A DNA stretch of 64,000 bases from the human T2T-CHM13v2.0 reference genome, Homo sapiens (GCF_009914755.1 NC_060926.1), one strand, 5' to 3'. Counted from the first letter of the stretch, positions 17,341 through 34,657 are shown. Numbers and translations: made by a program. Notes: generated by a model from the sequence alone, not told the origin.

Positions 17341-17804
17341 AAAGATAAAAATGACAAATAAAATGATAAACATAAAAAAGAAATCATAGAAAAAATAATA
17401 TATGTGCCTGTGTAACTGCCTCCAGATAAGATACCAGCACCCTAGAAGCTTCTTGTCTATTCCTAGCCACTGCTCTGCTCATCCTAAAAGTAACCCCTAT
17501 GCTGACTTCTCTCATGATGCATGAGTTTTGTCTGTTTGTGAACTTAAATAAAACGCAACAATTTCTGTAACATTTTGACATAACTTGGGAGTGTCTGATA
17601 GTTTTCTTACTTTTAGACACAAGATACTCTAGACTCAGTATTCATTTTCCACTGCAGAACTGGAGTGGCCATGTCTCAAAGGTGTCTTGGTTCCCTTTAG
17701 GGGAAAACGGTATTTAGAGACCACATTATGGGCACAAGGGGTTACTAGTTGCTACTGGGTTATCACTGCTGCTGGCCTTTTCAGTGGTCACTGCTTTGAC
17801 AATT

Positions 17805-18433
<629 letters not shown>

Positions 18434-18665
18434 TAAAATAGAAAAATAATTCATGAATTTATTCTGATATTTCCAATCCAATTTACAGATGATAGCATTT
18501 TAACTTTTTTGCATTTTATGTGAATTTTATGTTTGACTCTCTTTTTTCTACCCTAAACATTTTTGTGCTTGATGATATTACCATAATTTCTTACATGCCT
18601 TCTCTCATTTTCTATATTTATATCCATATCTCTTGCTCTGCAGTAATTTCAAAATACTCATTTCA

Positions 18666-18800
18666 GGCTGGGCTCAGTGGCTCACGCCTGTGATCTTGGC
18701 ACTTTGGGAGGCTGAGACGGGAGAATTGCCTGAGTCCAGGAGCTTGAGACCAGCCTGGACATCATGGGGAGATCCCATCTCTACAAAAATAAAATAAAAT
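18666..18800 (+). mobile_element. FLAM / Alu left monomer
   Basis: Monomeric Alu with A-rich tail. Confidence 0.85.
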
Positions 18801-19950
18801 AAAAATTAAAAAAACCCAAAATACTGATTCCAATGATGTTGTTAACATTAAGTCTACTGAATGTGGTTTAAGATTTCTTTATGGTTCTTTTTTGTCCTTA
18901 GGATGTATTTGTATTTGTCCTTAGGGAGGTACTATTAATAGTCACCTGAGATAATTTTTATGCCATAAACTTGATATACTATGAAGCTCATTAGTTTCAG
19001 CTTGAGTTCGATTTTTAGGAATGGCTTTGTTTTTGCTTTTAATCTAACTTTATACAAGGTACCTTCAAAGATGCCTACATTTTATCCTTGCCTCCTCCAC
19101 TCTGTTTTTTCTATTTCCCTAGAGTCATGGGTTTCAAACTGTGTGCCAAGGTACCCCAGGGCACCATTTTGATCTCAAAGAGGCATCTTTGCTGGAAAAT
19201 GGGTTAGAGCAAAGAGAGGTAGGCAGAGGAAACTGTAGCCAAGCTCACGCTGCAGCAACAATCTGGGTGGGAAGCAAATTTGGATGCTGCACAGCTAAGA
19301 GAGTACCAACATGCCCTACTCAGACAAGCAGTCTCTCTTCAACTCTAGCCCCTCCCTGCACTGCATTCTTGCCCTTGTTCTTTTCCTCCTTCTTTAGGAT
19401 TGGGTGCGACTCATTTCTGAAGTCTTGCTTGGGACAAAATTCCCAGCACTCTTGGGATAGGATTGGGATAACGTTCCCAGGTTGAAGCATTCTGTAGCTG
19501 AGACTTGAATTGTACAGCATCTTAGAGATAAGGAAACAGGTTCTCAGCCGTGCCCTGCACTGGGACCTGAGCCCACAGCAGTCCTGGTCCAAAGCCGATG
19601 CTCCTTCCATTTGCTGTGCTGCTGCCGCGGTCTCTATTTTCAAGGAATTCGCTGTCTGATCAGGGCGGTAAGGTGCAATGTAGGACACCAGCAATACAGG
19701 GGTGCGTAAGGGAAATAGCAGGGATGGGCTAAGAAACGGTGAGTGTAGTAGGTCTGAGCAGCCTGGGGTCAGCCACACTGTGGGTGCATCACCCCATTCT
19801 AGCTCCTACCGTCCACAGTCAGCCTTGCCTTTGAGTCCTTATCAAGTAAGCTTGGAGAAACATCGACACATCAGCTAACCTCTCTGGCTGAAAAAAGAAT
19901 ATGAGAAAAGATGAAATGGTAAGGATAAAGAATAATCTTATTTTTCTCTA

Positions 19951-20166
<216 letters not shown>

Positions 20167-20326
20167 TTACAATTCTACTCTCCAGAAATAAGTGCTTGCA
20201 TCAGTTTGACTATATTCTTCCTTATTTATTCTATAGATATGACTAAAGAAAACATTTAATTATGAAAAATTTTAAACTCTGGAACAATTGGCTTTTATAG
20301 TGAACACCTATAAACCCACCATCTAG

Positions 20327-20734
<408 letters not shown>

Positions 20735-20821
20735 TGATCTATCTATCTGCCTGTCTATCTCTATCTATAGATATATATGCACACACACACGTACATACAT
20801 AGGTACACACACGTATAAATA

Positions 20822-22274
<1,453 letters not shown>

Positions 22275-23067
22275 TATATGTATATGTGTGTTTTCCCATG
22301 TGCAGCACTGTCATCTAATCTGGTTGGATTGTAAATTAGTGTAATTTGGAAAGCAGTGTATTGAGTATCTGAAAAATGCACAGTATTTGAATCTAATTAC
22401 TTATTTCCTGAGATTATAGCCTGAAGGAATAATCCTAAATACTGAAAAACTTTAACTACAAAGATGTTCATTGTAGTGCCAAATAGATTACAGTATATCT
22501 ACATAATGGAAAATAATAAAGTATTTATCAAGATTTTATCATAAGATTGAAAATCACTTATGATATAGTGTCATGTGGAAAACCAGGATATGCAGTTCTG
22601 TGTACGATGTGATAACTCCTTCACATTGCAGGTGTTTCCCAAATGCCATCAGCCTGCAGGGTGGGTAGGGGGCAATGAACACCTGCAGTGCCTTCCTCCC
22701 TTCTCGCCACCCCTCACCAGCACCTCCTTGGAAGTCTCTTCCTCTGGTCATGGAGGGAGGCTAGTCTTAGCCACTGCACTCTTTCCCATTAGTCTACAAG
22801 GGCTATGGTTGAAAGAAATGACCCACAATCCACGTCTACTCAGCTCCTTGAGGATCTCATCCCCAAAGCTGTGGAAGATTTCTTGTCCCTGTTTACTTCC
22901 ACCCCCTGCCATCCTGGTTGCAATAGGAACTGTGACAGGAGCAGGGCACTGCTGGGGCGGAGGGGGTCCTTGTCACCTGCTGGGCTGGTTGCAGCAGGTC
23001 TGGATTCTTTTCCCCAGCCCCACCACTATGTAGAGAGCACGCGATGCTCGGCAGAACCACGGTGCTG

Positions 23068-23152
23068 CCTCCCCTCCCCTCCCCTCCCGTCCTCTCCCCT
23101 CTCCCCTCCCCTCCCTTCCCCTCCTCTCTCCTCACCTCTCCTCTCCTCCCCT
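23068..23152. repeat. (CCCCT/CTCCT)n polypyrimidine tract
   Basis: Nearly pure C/T low-complexity sequence. Confidence 0.9.
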
Positions 23153-23813
23153 TCTTGTACCATCCTGCAGTCAGCTGCCATTTCTCTACTCCTTCATCTG
23201 GCTCTCTAGGCCACCAGCAGCAGAAGCTCCCAAGATGACCAATACTGTTTCTTGCTGGGAAGAAGGTGGTCTTTCCTTACATATGTGAAAAAGTGTAGGC
23301 ATGGAACGAAGGCCAGAAGGAAAACTCGAAAGTGTTAACAGTGATGACGCTCAGATAGTAAGGCTGCGATGTACCTTATAGAGAAAATATGTGTGTTAAA
23401 TAAGGCAGGTGACCTTTTCTTCCTTCTATTTTCCTGTAGTTTTCAATTTTTCTGTAATGAGCATTTATGGCCTTTATAATTGGAGGAAAGAAAGAACAGG
23501 GGCTCAGAGAGGTTAGTTAATTAGGCCAAGGGGGCACTTGCTGTATATTCACAGATAGGTAGTTGGGGCTGGGGGACAAGGGTTGTTTTCTGGAACCCGA
23601 AGCCCAGGGAGGGAGGATGCTTAGTGATAATTTTTATTGATCTTCTTGCTCACACTCTTGACCCTCCCTGGAAGAGAAATGTGGGTGAGGTCACTGTAGC
23701 ATTGTCATCGCTCTGGGTTCCACCCACACTCAGGGTGAGAGGGAGATTCTGAAGCTTTGTGTTTCTTGCTAGCTAGTCAAAGGTGACTAATTCATGTGGT
23801 ATGTACTGTGGAT

Positions 23814-23995
23814 GGGACTGGCTATGTAGTTGTAAGTGCCCAGTGCAAAATGAAAATGTGGGGGGTCCCTGTATGTTCAAAAACTACTAAGAATTTCAAG
23901 ACGGTGGCAGCAGAAATTTAAGTAAAGCACAGGGTCTTTCTATATGTGGGGTCTTGTGGGACCGTCCAGGTTTCTTTCCTGTGAAGCTGGCCCTG
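23814..23995. mobile_element. MER91-like hAT MITE
   Basis: gtgcccagtgcaaaatgaaaatgtgggg...aagaatttcaagacggtggcagcag...gaagctggccctg. Confidence 0.7.
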
Positions 23996-25392
23996 CCTGT
24001 GGACACTTCCACTGGACACCTGTAAGCCAAGCCCAGGGAAGGGATGGAAAGGGAGGCTTAGTAGTCAGTAACAGATGGAAGGCATGGGCCTGCAGGAGAG
24101 CAGTAGAGGAGAGAGATCCTCACTGGCAGCCCCATCTCCATGGCGAGTCTGGAATCCAGAATGATTCCTATTTGAGACATTAAAGAGTTAGGAGATGCAA
24201 CTTCTGTTCTCTGTACTGTGCAAACATGAATGAATCTCTCCTGTCTTCTCCTTTCCTCCCCTCTCCTTCCTTCCTCTCCCCTCCTCTCCCTTCCCCGCCT
24301 CTTCTCATCTCAGTTTCCTTATTTCCACAATGAGGGGGATGGAGTTGATTTGTAGAGTCTCTGCCAGCTCTAAAAAAATTCGTGATTTGGACTTTCTGTG
24401 CTCATGTAGCCCGTGTGACAGGAGCTACAAATATGTTCCATGAGGTCCTGAGTTGACCAGCTTCTTTCAAGACGTAGGTCAGGGCAGTCACATAGAAGTA
24501 TCATGGTGACCTTGGGGATGGTGACAGTGGCTAAAAGACGTTGAGAGAGACAGTGCAAGAGAGGAAAGCATCTTCACCCTGGACCCTAATATGGAGACAC
24601 CTTTGACTAGCTAGCAAGAAAGATAAAACTTAAAATCTCCCTCTCTTCTGTCGAATGTGGGCGGAACACAGTGATTCTGAAGCTGCGGAGAGTGGGAAGC
24701 CATCCCCAGGGAAATGTAAACACCAAGAGCAGGTTGTGTTGGAGGAAGCAACCCTTAGCATTACAATTGCAGAAAGTACTTGGTATGTCAGGTGAATTTT
24801 TGTATTACAATGTTGGCAGAGATTTCCTGTAAATTTCTGGCAAGTAACAATATGGACCCTGATTTTAAAGGAAGCAACAGCCCTGTATAGAAGACATGAA
24901 AAAAGAACAGAATGGGATGGTCAGTTTAGAGTTTTTACTGGTTCCTTAGGTGGAAGGGCTGAAAATTAATATCAGGATCCTGCTATACGTTTAGTTTGTA
25001 CATATCGATACTCAGTTTCACGCACTTCCCATTTTGTAGTGGGAGTTCAGTTATTCATAAGTTGTTTTGTTGTCTTCACAATGTCCTGTGCTGATGAGCT
25101 CTTCCAGGCATTGTTCTAGAGGTGTATTCAGAGCAGCTGGTCGAGATTCTGTTTTGCAGAGGGACAGGGTTATGGGTGTGACACGTTGAATTTGCAAATC
25201 AAATTTATGAGATGCTTTGATGACGTTTTATGTGAAGATAAAGCAAAAGAAAAGCCTCATGCTGTGGTGCAGAGAAACATAAGAAGAGTGATTTATGTGA
25301 GGAAATGGAAATTTGCAGGGCAGTTTTGCTTGGCTATGTCAATACATTTTTTCATCAGTATTTGGAATTTCGTATAAAAGAATTTGCATTTA

Positions 25393-25830
<438 letters not shown>

Positions 25831-25963
25831 CTATGATGCATGTATGTTTTGGGTCAATGATCCTCTGGTGATCTCTTTTCCTTAGGTTTAATGTAACTTT
25901 TCCTCTTGCATGCCAGTTTCATGTTTTCTCACAGAAGTACTGGGAAAGGATCTTCATATTTAA

Positions 25964-26428
<465 letters not shown>

Positions 26429-26859
26429 ATATTTAACGTTTGACCCAAATTTTTCTCTTTCCTTTAGGATAGAAAAATAATACATGCCAAAAGAAATTTG
26501 AGGAACAAATTCAGGTAAGTCTGGTGGTTCTGACACCACTGTGGAATTAAAAGATCACTAAACATAGCCTAAGATTTAAGGCCTGCTGGTGGAGGGAAGA
26601 CAGATATTTTCATCTTTTTTAGGTCCTGAAGTTCAAAGAATGCATTAGTATTGTTTGTAATTGAAAGCATTTCTGAGATAGTAGAAGCCACAGACTCACA
26701 GCTCTGGAAAGGAATTTTAACAGGTTATCCTGTTCAGACAAGACACCAGCATCTTCATTTACTTTGTCAGAAAATCAAGGCTCACATAAGCTAGGTGGTA
26801 TATACACAGGCGCCCATGAAGAAAGTGGGTCTGCTTTGTTGAAGGTTATTTAGATGAGG

Positions 26860-27515
26860 CCGATAGACTGCAAAGATGGCACAAGTGATCTATCCCTGGA
26901 TGCACATTCTGTTTCTTCCATCAGTGGCCAGGGGGTCAGGGGACTGTTTCCTCTCCTCTTGACTGGGCAGGCTCTGTGACATCTTTTGACTGGATGTCAC
27001 AGTCTTGGAGTGACACAGTGGACTTCTTGGCCCAGACCTTCAGAGGCCTTGCAGCTTCTATTTTGGCCATCTTTTTAATTATATTTTTATTTATTTTATT
27101 TGTTTTGAGACATGATTTCACTCTACCACCCGGGCTGGAATGCAGTGGCAGAAATCATAGCTCACTGCAGCCTTGACCTCCTGGGCTCAAACAATCCTCC
27201 CACCTCAGCTACCTGAGTAGCTGGGACTGTAGGCACATGCCACCACACCCACCTAATTTTTGTATCTTTTGTATCTCATCATGTTGCCCAGGCTGGTCTC
27301 TAACTGCTGGGATCAAGAGATCTGCCCGCCCCCGCCTTCTGAAGTGCTGGGATTATAGATGTGAGCCACCGTTCCTGGCCTGGGTCACTTTGAGGTCCAG
27401 TTGCTGTGTCAAGAAGCTAAGCCCAGTCAACCCACAGAATCATAAGAAATAATAAATCATTGTTTTACACCACCAAATTATGGTGTAGTTTGTTATGCAG
27501 CCATAGCTAACCAAA
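26860..27515 (+). mobile_element. Old MLT1 LTR interrupted by an AluJ (~27075-27380, minus strand)
   Basis: MLT1 3' motif cccagtcaacccacagaatcataagaaataataaatcattgttt...gtttgttatgcagc. Confidence 0.65.
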
Positions 27516-29177
27516 AGTTATGGTCAACTATCATTTGGAAACATAGGCATTTTGGGGTTACTTCTCTATGTAATCCTGCTGAAGTTTCTGTCAGTTAGAG
27601 GAGTCACCTCTAATAATAGTGGTGATAGTAGCAGTGATAATAACAATGAACGTCGTGACACAAAGAGTTAGGACTTGGCAGGTATGGAGTTTGTAGTGAG
27701 ATGAAGATCATGAAAATAAATGACATCACACTTTTGTAAACGATGAATCCCACACCTATGTTATTTATTTCCTCAGCCCTGAGACAGGTCACGGAAACAG
27801 CCCTCCAGTCTTCCTCAAGAAATGTAGACTGAATCAGCATTTACCCACCCCTGGAAAAACGCAGGAGCTGCGCATTCCTGGGATCTCAGCAGGGCTTTTG
27901 GGAAGAGCAGAACTGGGCTGGAGTCACGGTTTCTGGGCTGACTCTAGATTTTCCCCGGCTTTTGCCACCTGTGATGGCTGGAGAGTATCTGAAGATGACA
28001 GGTGACTCCAGGACCTAGGGCTCCCTCCTTAGGAGCAGGGTGGGGTACCAGGTTGCACACAGGTGATGATGGGGGGGGGGTGGGCTGTCCAGCACACAGC
28101 TTGGTGAGCAGGATTTGAGATACTCACCCCACTTTCTGGTGATACAGACCCCCTACTCCCAGTGACACAAGATGGTTGGACCCACGGCTGATTTACTGCT
28201 TTACTCCCATTCTTTATGGGGCCAGCTTTAATGAGCACCCAAGCAGAAATGCCTTTGACTCCTGCACTGTGAATAACTGTTATTAATAAAAGGGCAAGCT
28301 GCTTGCCATGGAACCTTGCATATTTCCATATTAATAATGCCATAAACTCCCCCAAAATGACGTCTCAGCCACTCAAAATGCAGAGGCTCGCTTCTGTGCA
28401 CTCAGGGGCTGAGGATGGGGCTAGTGAGCTCCAGAAGGAGCAATGCAGTGGGCCATGCCTGGGAGCCCAGGCCCTGGGTCCTCACTCTCCCCGTGCCCAG
28501 CTCCCTTCTCTCCCATGTGTGTCCCCATGGCGTCTACCTCTAGGGAGCAAGTAGCCAATTCCATGGGGTGACTGGAGGAGGGTCAGGAAGTTCTGTCTGC
28601 TTTCAGATATCTTCCACATGAGTCTGCCAATTTGTCTGAGATTCCATCATTTAAAAACTCAATTAACCTGAGTCCTCAAGTTACTCCAAACTCCTGGATT
28701 CCTATATGAAAAGGCAAATACCTTAGGGACAGAGTGTAGAGATTTCATCAGTTTTCAATAATAGGCTGTTAGCAATTAATGTCATTGATTCACGTGACAT
28801 ATTTGCTGAGCATCTACTGTGTTCTAGGAGCTGGGAATATGGTAGTGAAAAAAACACACACAAAATCCATGCCCTCCGGAAGCTTCAAATGGAGGGAGAT
28901 AAATGGTAAACAAATAAATATTTGAAATGTGCAGCACGTCGGACGGTGAGAAACATGACATTAAATAAAGTGGGGAGGAGAACGGGGAGTAGCTACACTG
29001 GGGAATTCGTGGAGTCATTTCCCACAGGGCAGTTGGCCAAGAGCAGATCCTTGGAAGATTCTCTTCGGGGACAGAGGTGTCTGGGAGAGGGCGAATTTGT
29101 GGCCACTCCTCCACATAGAGTGGCTTCCTCTCCCCTAGGTCAGGTTCCAGGGGAAGAGAGATCTCAGAAAGAAATCA

Positions 29178-29490
<313 letters not shown>

Positions 29491-29769
29491 AGAAATCATG
29501 TCTCTCTTCTCTTTCCAGCCAGTGTCCTTAGCTTGTGAAGATTGGATGATGGCCGGGGCCCTCAGACCCCTTGGCCCCTCCTTAACTGCAGGTCTTCAAA
29601 AGCCCAACACCTGTTCGTCATTTCTGTGGCTTCCCAGGGAGTCTTACTCTTCTGCTTCAAGCTGCTGGGTTTGACTCTGAGCAGTTTCTGTGCAGCCACA
29701 AAGATTCTTATGTGAGACACACTGCTGCTTCAGAGTGCTCCAACCCATCTCCCCTGATTAAACACTAAC

Positions 29770-30133
29770 CAGGGCTGCCACAGCAAAGTGGCTCAAATGG
29801 GTGACGTCAACAACAGATTTACTTTCTCATAGTTCTGGAGGCAGGTGTCTAGGATCAAGGTGGTGGCAAGGCTATTCCTTCTGTTGCCTCCCTCCTTGCC
29901 TTGTGGATGACCGTCTTCTCCGCGTCTTTCCAAGATCTCTCCTCTGTGCATGTCAGTGTCCTTGCTTCCTCTTCTTATGAAGACACCGGTCATGTTGGGT
30001 AAGTGCCTGCCTATGTGACCTTTTTAACTGAGTTATCTTTATAAAGACTGTCTCTAAACATAGTCCTATTCTGAGGTACTGGGTGTTAGGATTTCAACAC
30101 ATAAATTTTGGGGGGACACAGCTCAGCTCATAC
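29770..30133 (-). mobile_element. MLT1B/C-type MaLR LTR
   Basis: ctcatagttctggaggc...attctgaggtactgggtgttaggatttcaaca. Confidence 0.75.
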
Positions 30134-30648
30134 GATGAGCAACTTGCCCTTTGCAGAAGGTCCATGTGGGAGAGGAGGAGGGGCTTACTCCACACTCTCC
30201 ATGGCAACTACTGAGTCTCTGGGTATTTGGTTCTTTCACAGTCCCGTCTTGGCCCTTCCACCAGCAGGCTTTTCCTTTTTCAGTTTTAGATTGCTGATCT
30301 TTGTCCATCGTCATCCAGCCTCACTCACTCTTCTTCTTCCTGGTTCCCCAGAGGCTATTGCTGGCCTCCTCTTCTCCTTTTGTCTTTGCCTCTGGAAACT
30401 CCTGATTATGAGCGGGAGCTTCCCCCTTCTTCTAATGGAGAGGTGTCGGTTGCCACCCAGAGCACAAGGTTGGCTTCCTCCCCAAATAATGACCCCAGAG
30501 CTTTCCCATACCTCAGCACTCTTCCTGGGGACTTCTCATGCCTGCCACTGGAGTGGCAACTTCTTCACCAGCTTAGCTGTGGAAGGCACAGCTGGTGGAC
30601 ACCTGATTTCATCTGGGAAGCAATGACCCAGTTAAAAATGCTCATCTT

Positions 30649-30929
30649 GGCCGGGCACGATGGCTCACGCCTGTAATCTTAGCACTTTGGGAGGCCGAGG
30701 CAGGCAGATCACAAGGTCAGGAGTTCGAGACCGGCTTGGCCAACATGATGAAACCCTGTCCCTACTAAAAATGCAAAAATTAGCTGACTGTGGTGGCGCG
30801 TGCCTTTAATCCCAGCTATTTAGGAGGCTGAGGCAGGAGAATCACTTGGGAGGCGGAAGTTGCAGTGAGCTGAGATCGAGCCACTGCATTCCAGCCAGGG
30901 CGACAGAGCAAGACTCCTTCTCAAAATAA

Positions 30930-30964
<35 letters not shown>

Positions 30965-31274
30965 AAATGCTCATCTTAAGGCCAGGTGTGGTGGCTCACA
31001 CCTGTAATCCCAGCACTTTGGGAGGCCAAGGCAGGCAGCTCACAAGGTCAAGAGATCGAGACCATCCTGGCCAACATGGTGAAACCCAATCTCTACTAAA
31101 AATGCAAAAATTAGCCAGGCGTGGTTGCAGGAGCCTGTAGTCCCAGCTACTTGGGAGACTGAGGTGGGAGGATCACTTGAACCCAGGAGGTGGAGGTTGC
31201 CGTGAGCTGAGAGACTGTGCCACTGCACTCCAGCCTGAGCGACAAAGCGAGACTCTGTCTTAAAAAAAAAAAAA
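30649..31274 (+). mobile_element. Two tandem AluS elements at one target site
   Basis: Alu 30649-30962 with a (TAAA)n tail and Alu 30980-31274; the target aaaatgctcatctt is present three times. Confidence 0.92.
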
Positions 31275-31283
31275 GCTCGTCTT

Positions 31284-31669
31284 CCAGGACTCCCTTGCAG
31301 GAGAGGGCGGCCATGTGACACCATTCTGGCTAATAAAGTGGGAGTGGAAGTCACCAGGTAGTACCCTGGGAGAACTTGGAAAAGGGACACATGTTCTCTA
31401 GCACAACCACTGGCCCTTTGCCATCTGCATCCTCCAGCCTGGGATGAGAATGCAGCAGCCGCCGTCCATGACCTGCATGTTGACAACCAAATGTTAAGGC
31501 TGACAGGGAAGGAAAAGAGAAGGAAGGGGGTCCTTGGTAACATCTTTGAGCACTAGCCCTAGGCAACTACTTCTAGGTGTCTTGTTACATGAGACAAATG
31601 ATTCCTAACTTGTTAAGGTAGATTTTTTTTTTTTGAGGCATTCAACTAAATGCAGTCCTGACTAATACA
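31284..31669 (+). mobile_element. Old MaLR LTR (MLT1K/L-like)
   Basis: ctcccttgcaggagagggcggccatgtgacaccattctggc ... cctgactaataca. Confidence 0.55.
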
Positions 31670-32817
31670 CTTTTGGGATTGGGTATTTGTGGTTCAGTGG
31701 AGCAAGAATCAGCTACAGAGGCAGGAAGAAAAAGTCTGGTAGATGGCCTGGGATTAGGTCCTAATTCAAATTTTCACCTCAGGATAGTTCCAGGGCTTTG
31801 GTGCATGTGTATCCTCTCCTTGGCTGGTGGCTTTCACTTTTCTCTCTCCCTTCCCCAGAGCTCATGGTTGCAATGTGCCCGCTTATCGGAGTCTTCCTGG
31901 CCTTGAATGTCCTCTTCTCAGCATCCAGGAATGTCCAGACATTCATCCAACAACCAGTCTGGGCTAATGAGTCAGGCATGGTGCCTGGTGTGTAGTTAGC
32001 ACTCAACACATAGACCTTAATTGAGTTAACAAATAGGAGATGATGATGGGAGCTATTGCTAGGTAACATGCACATATTTATCATGCATTTGCTTATTCAT
32101 CAATTTAAAGGAAAGTTTGTTTTCTTTCATTGTAAGAAACAGCATTAGCTGTCCTTTTACTGTGTGTTAGATGCCGTGTTATGTGCTTTGCTTTAATTTT
32201 TGCTTATCTTCAGAAGAAGTCTGCAGGGTAGATATTGTGCCCATTTTATAGATGAAGAAAATAAGATTTAGAAGGCCAAAGGCACAAACACAGTAAATGG
32301 TGAAGCAAACATTCAAATGCTCTGAAGTTAACGCTTTTTTCAATATAGTATAGTAAATATACCATGCTGCAGTTCATAAAATTAATGCATGCTTATTAGA
32401 GCATAAATATTTATATACATATATGTATACATGGAATATATAGATCATATGTGTATAGTTTCTATAGAAATTATAGCAAAATAGAAAAAACAGCTTAATC
32501 TCTCCACATAGTTCAGCTTCTACCCGTATATTTCAGATGATTGAAGTCAAACTACAGGAGCAAATTGTTTGTACACTTGCTATGTACCAGGAATTGTCAC
32601 AAGTTTGGTTTTTATTCACCTATCACTTAGCATGAGCATTTTTCATTGTCCATGCACTTTAATGCATTGATCAAATGCATTAATCAATCAATGATTAATG
32701 CATCAATCCAAACTCCTGCCTTTGTGTCTGGTCATTGATGGCATGCATTTTCACTTGCTGCAGGAGAACACTGGGGGCCACGGGCTTTGGGCATCTTAGA
32801 AGCCTCAATAGAAGAAG

Positions 32818-33058
32818 CACGATCTCAGCTCACTGCAGCCTCTGCCTTCTGGGTTCAAGTGATTCTCCTGCCTCAGCCTCCCAAGTAACTGGGAACTATA
32901 GGTGTGTGCCACCACGCCCGGCTAATTTTTGTGTTTTTAGTAGAGACGGGGTTTCACCGTGTTGGCCAGGTTTGTCTCAAATGCCTGATCTCAGGTGATC
33001 CACCTGCTTCGGCCTCCCAAAGTGTTGGGATTACAGGTGTGAGCCACTGTGCCCAGCC
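32818..33058 (-). mobile_element. AluSx lacking its 3' end and tail
   Basis: Begins abruptly at cacgatctcagctcactgc with no poly(T). Confidence 0.88.
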
Positions 33059-33059
33059 T

Positions 33060-34085
33060 AGGAATAACTTTATGACCTTGGGATAGGCAATTATTTCTTT
33101 GATATGATAACAAAAACACAATCCATAAAAAAAAGTAGGTAAACTGGACTTCATCAAAATTAAAAACTTTTGTGCTTCAAAGTAGAGTATAAAGAAAGTG
33201 AAAAGACACCCTGCAGAATGAGACAAAATATTTGCAAATTACATATCTGATGAGATCAGGTGCATTCAGGATGGTATGGCCATAGACTGCAAATTGCATA
33301 TCTAATAATATATAGTCTCCAGAAGATATAAAAAATTCTTACAAGGCAACAACAAAAACACAAGTAACCAATTAAAAAGTAGGCAACAAATCTAAACAGA
33401 TATTCCTCCAAAGAGTGACCAATAAGGACATGAAAAGATGCTTGCATTATTAGCTATCAGGGAAATGCAGATCAAAACCACAATGAGATATCACTTCACA
33501 CCTGCTAGGATGGCTACAATAAAAAAGACTGATAATAAGTGTTGGCAAGAATGTGGGGAAACTGGAGCCGTCATACACGGCTAATGGGAATGTAAAATGG
33601 CATAGCTACTTTGCAAAAACAGTATGGCAGTTGTTCAAATGATTAGACATAGAATTAGACATCCATCTATAATTGATGAATGGGTAAACAATATGGGGTA
33701 TCAATTCTATTCACCTATAAAAATGAATGAAGAATTGATAAATGCTGCAACATGGATGAACCTTGAAAAGATTATGTCAAATGAAAGAACCCAGCCACAA
33801 AAGGCTACAAACTATATGATTTCACTGATATGAAATGTCCAGAATGGGTGGCTCTTTAGAGATAGAAAAGAGATTAGTGGTTGCCTGGGGTTGAGGGCCA
33901 TGGAGAGGAACTGGGGGTGATGGCTATGGGGCGCTGGGTTTCTTTTGGGTTAATAAACATGTTCTATTATTGATTGCGGTGAACTTTGCGAATGTGCTAA
34001 AAGCCATTGAATTGTACACTTTCAATGGGAGAATTGTATGTGATGTGAATTATATCAATAAAACTGTTAAAAAAAGAAAAAAAAT
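33060..34085 (+). mobile_element. L1MB-type ORF2 end and 3' UTR
   Basis: ctggacttcatcaaaattaaaaacttttgtgc ... gggaaatgcagatcaaaaccacaatgagata ... aataaaactgttaaaaaa. Confidence 0.88.
33245..33287 (-). pseudogene. Tailless 5S rRNA retropseudogene (5' ~40 nt)
   Basis: Reverse complement gtctatggccataccatcctgaatgcacctgatctcatcagat versus 5S GTCTACGGCCATACCACCCTGAACGCGCCCGATCTCGTCTGAT; differences are mostly CpG decay. Flanked by a 19-bp TSD. Confidence 0.9.
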
Positions 34086-34386
34086 GAAATGTCAGCGAAG
34101 AGTCTGTATGCATGACCCAGGAAAGACTGGCTGACCTTCACCTTGTGACTCCACAGGCCCTGTTAGGAGGCTACTTGGAACACATCAGTGTTTGAATTTG
34201 TTCCTGTGTCTGTGTTTAGGGAGGCCCCTACTTTCTCCCGTCGCAAGGTGGCTTCCCCGCTCAGGGTGTTCAAGCTGCTCTGCTGTCTGCATGAGTATCT
34301 TCCTCCATAGGTTGTCCTGGAAGACTGGTTAGGGACCTTGGGGCTTGAAGAATGACATGGTGGTGAATTCTCTGGGTTTTCTTTTT

Positions 34387-34657
34387 TTATATTATTTTAG
34401 TATACTTTAAGTTCTGGGATACATGTGCAGATCTTGCAGGTTTATTACATAGGTATACACGTGCCATGGTGGTTTGCTGCACCCATCAACCCGTCATCTA
34501 CATTAGGTATTTCTCTTAATGCTATCCCTCCCCTAACCGCCCACCCCCCGACAGGCCCTGGTGTGTGATGTTCCCCTCCCTGTGTCCATGGGTTCCATTG
34601 TTCAACTCCCACTTATGAGTAAGAACATGCAGTGTTTGGTTTTCTGTTCCTGTGTTG
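34387..34657 (-). mobile_element. 5'-truncated L1PA (L1PA7/8-like) 3' end
   Basis: tatactttaagttctgggatacatgtgcag...; TSD ctctgggttttcttttt at 34370-34386 and 34658-34674. Confidence 0.93.

Noticed and set aside
30108-30626. 172-aa ORF, and similar ORFs at 10492, 19320, 22575, 50031 and 51076
   Set aside because: No recognisable domain or exon structure; lengths are expected by chance, and many use non-ATG starts.
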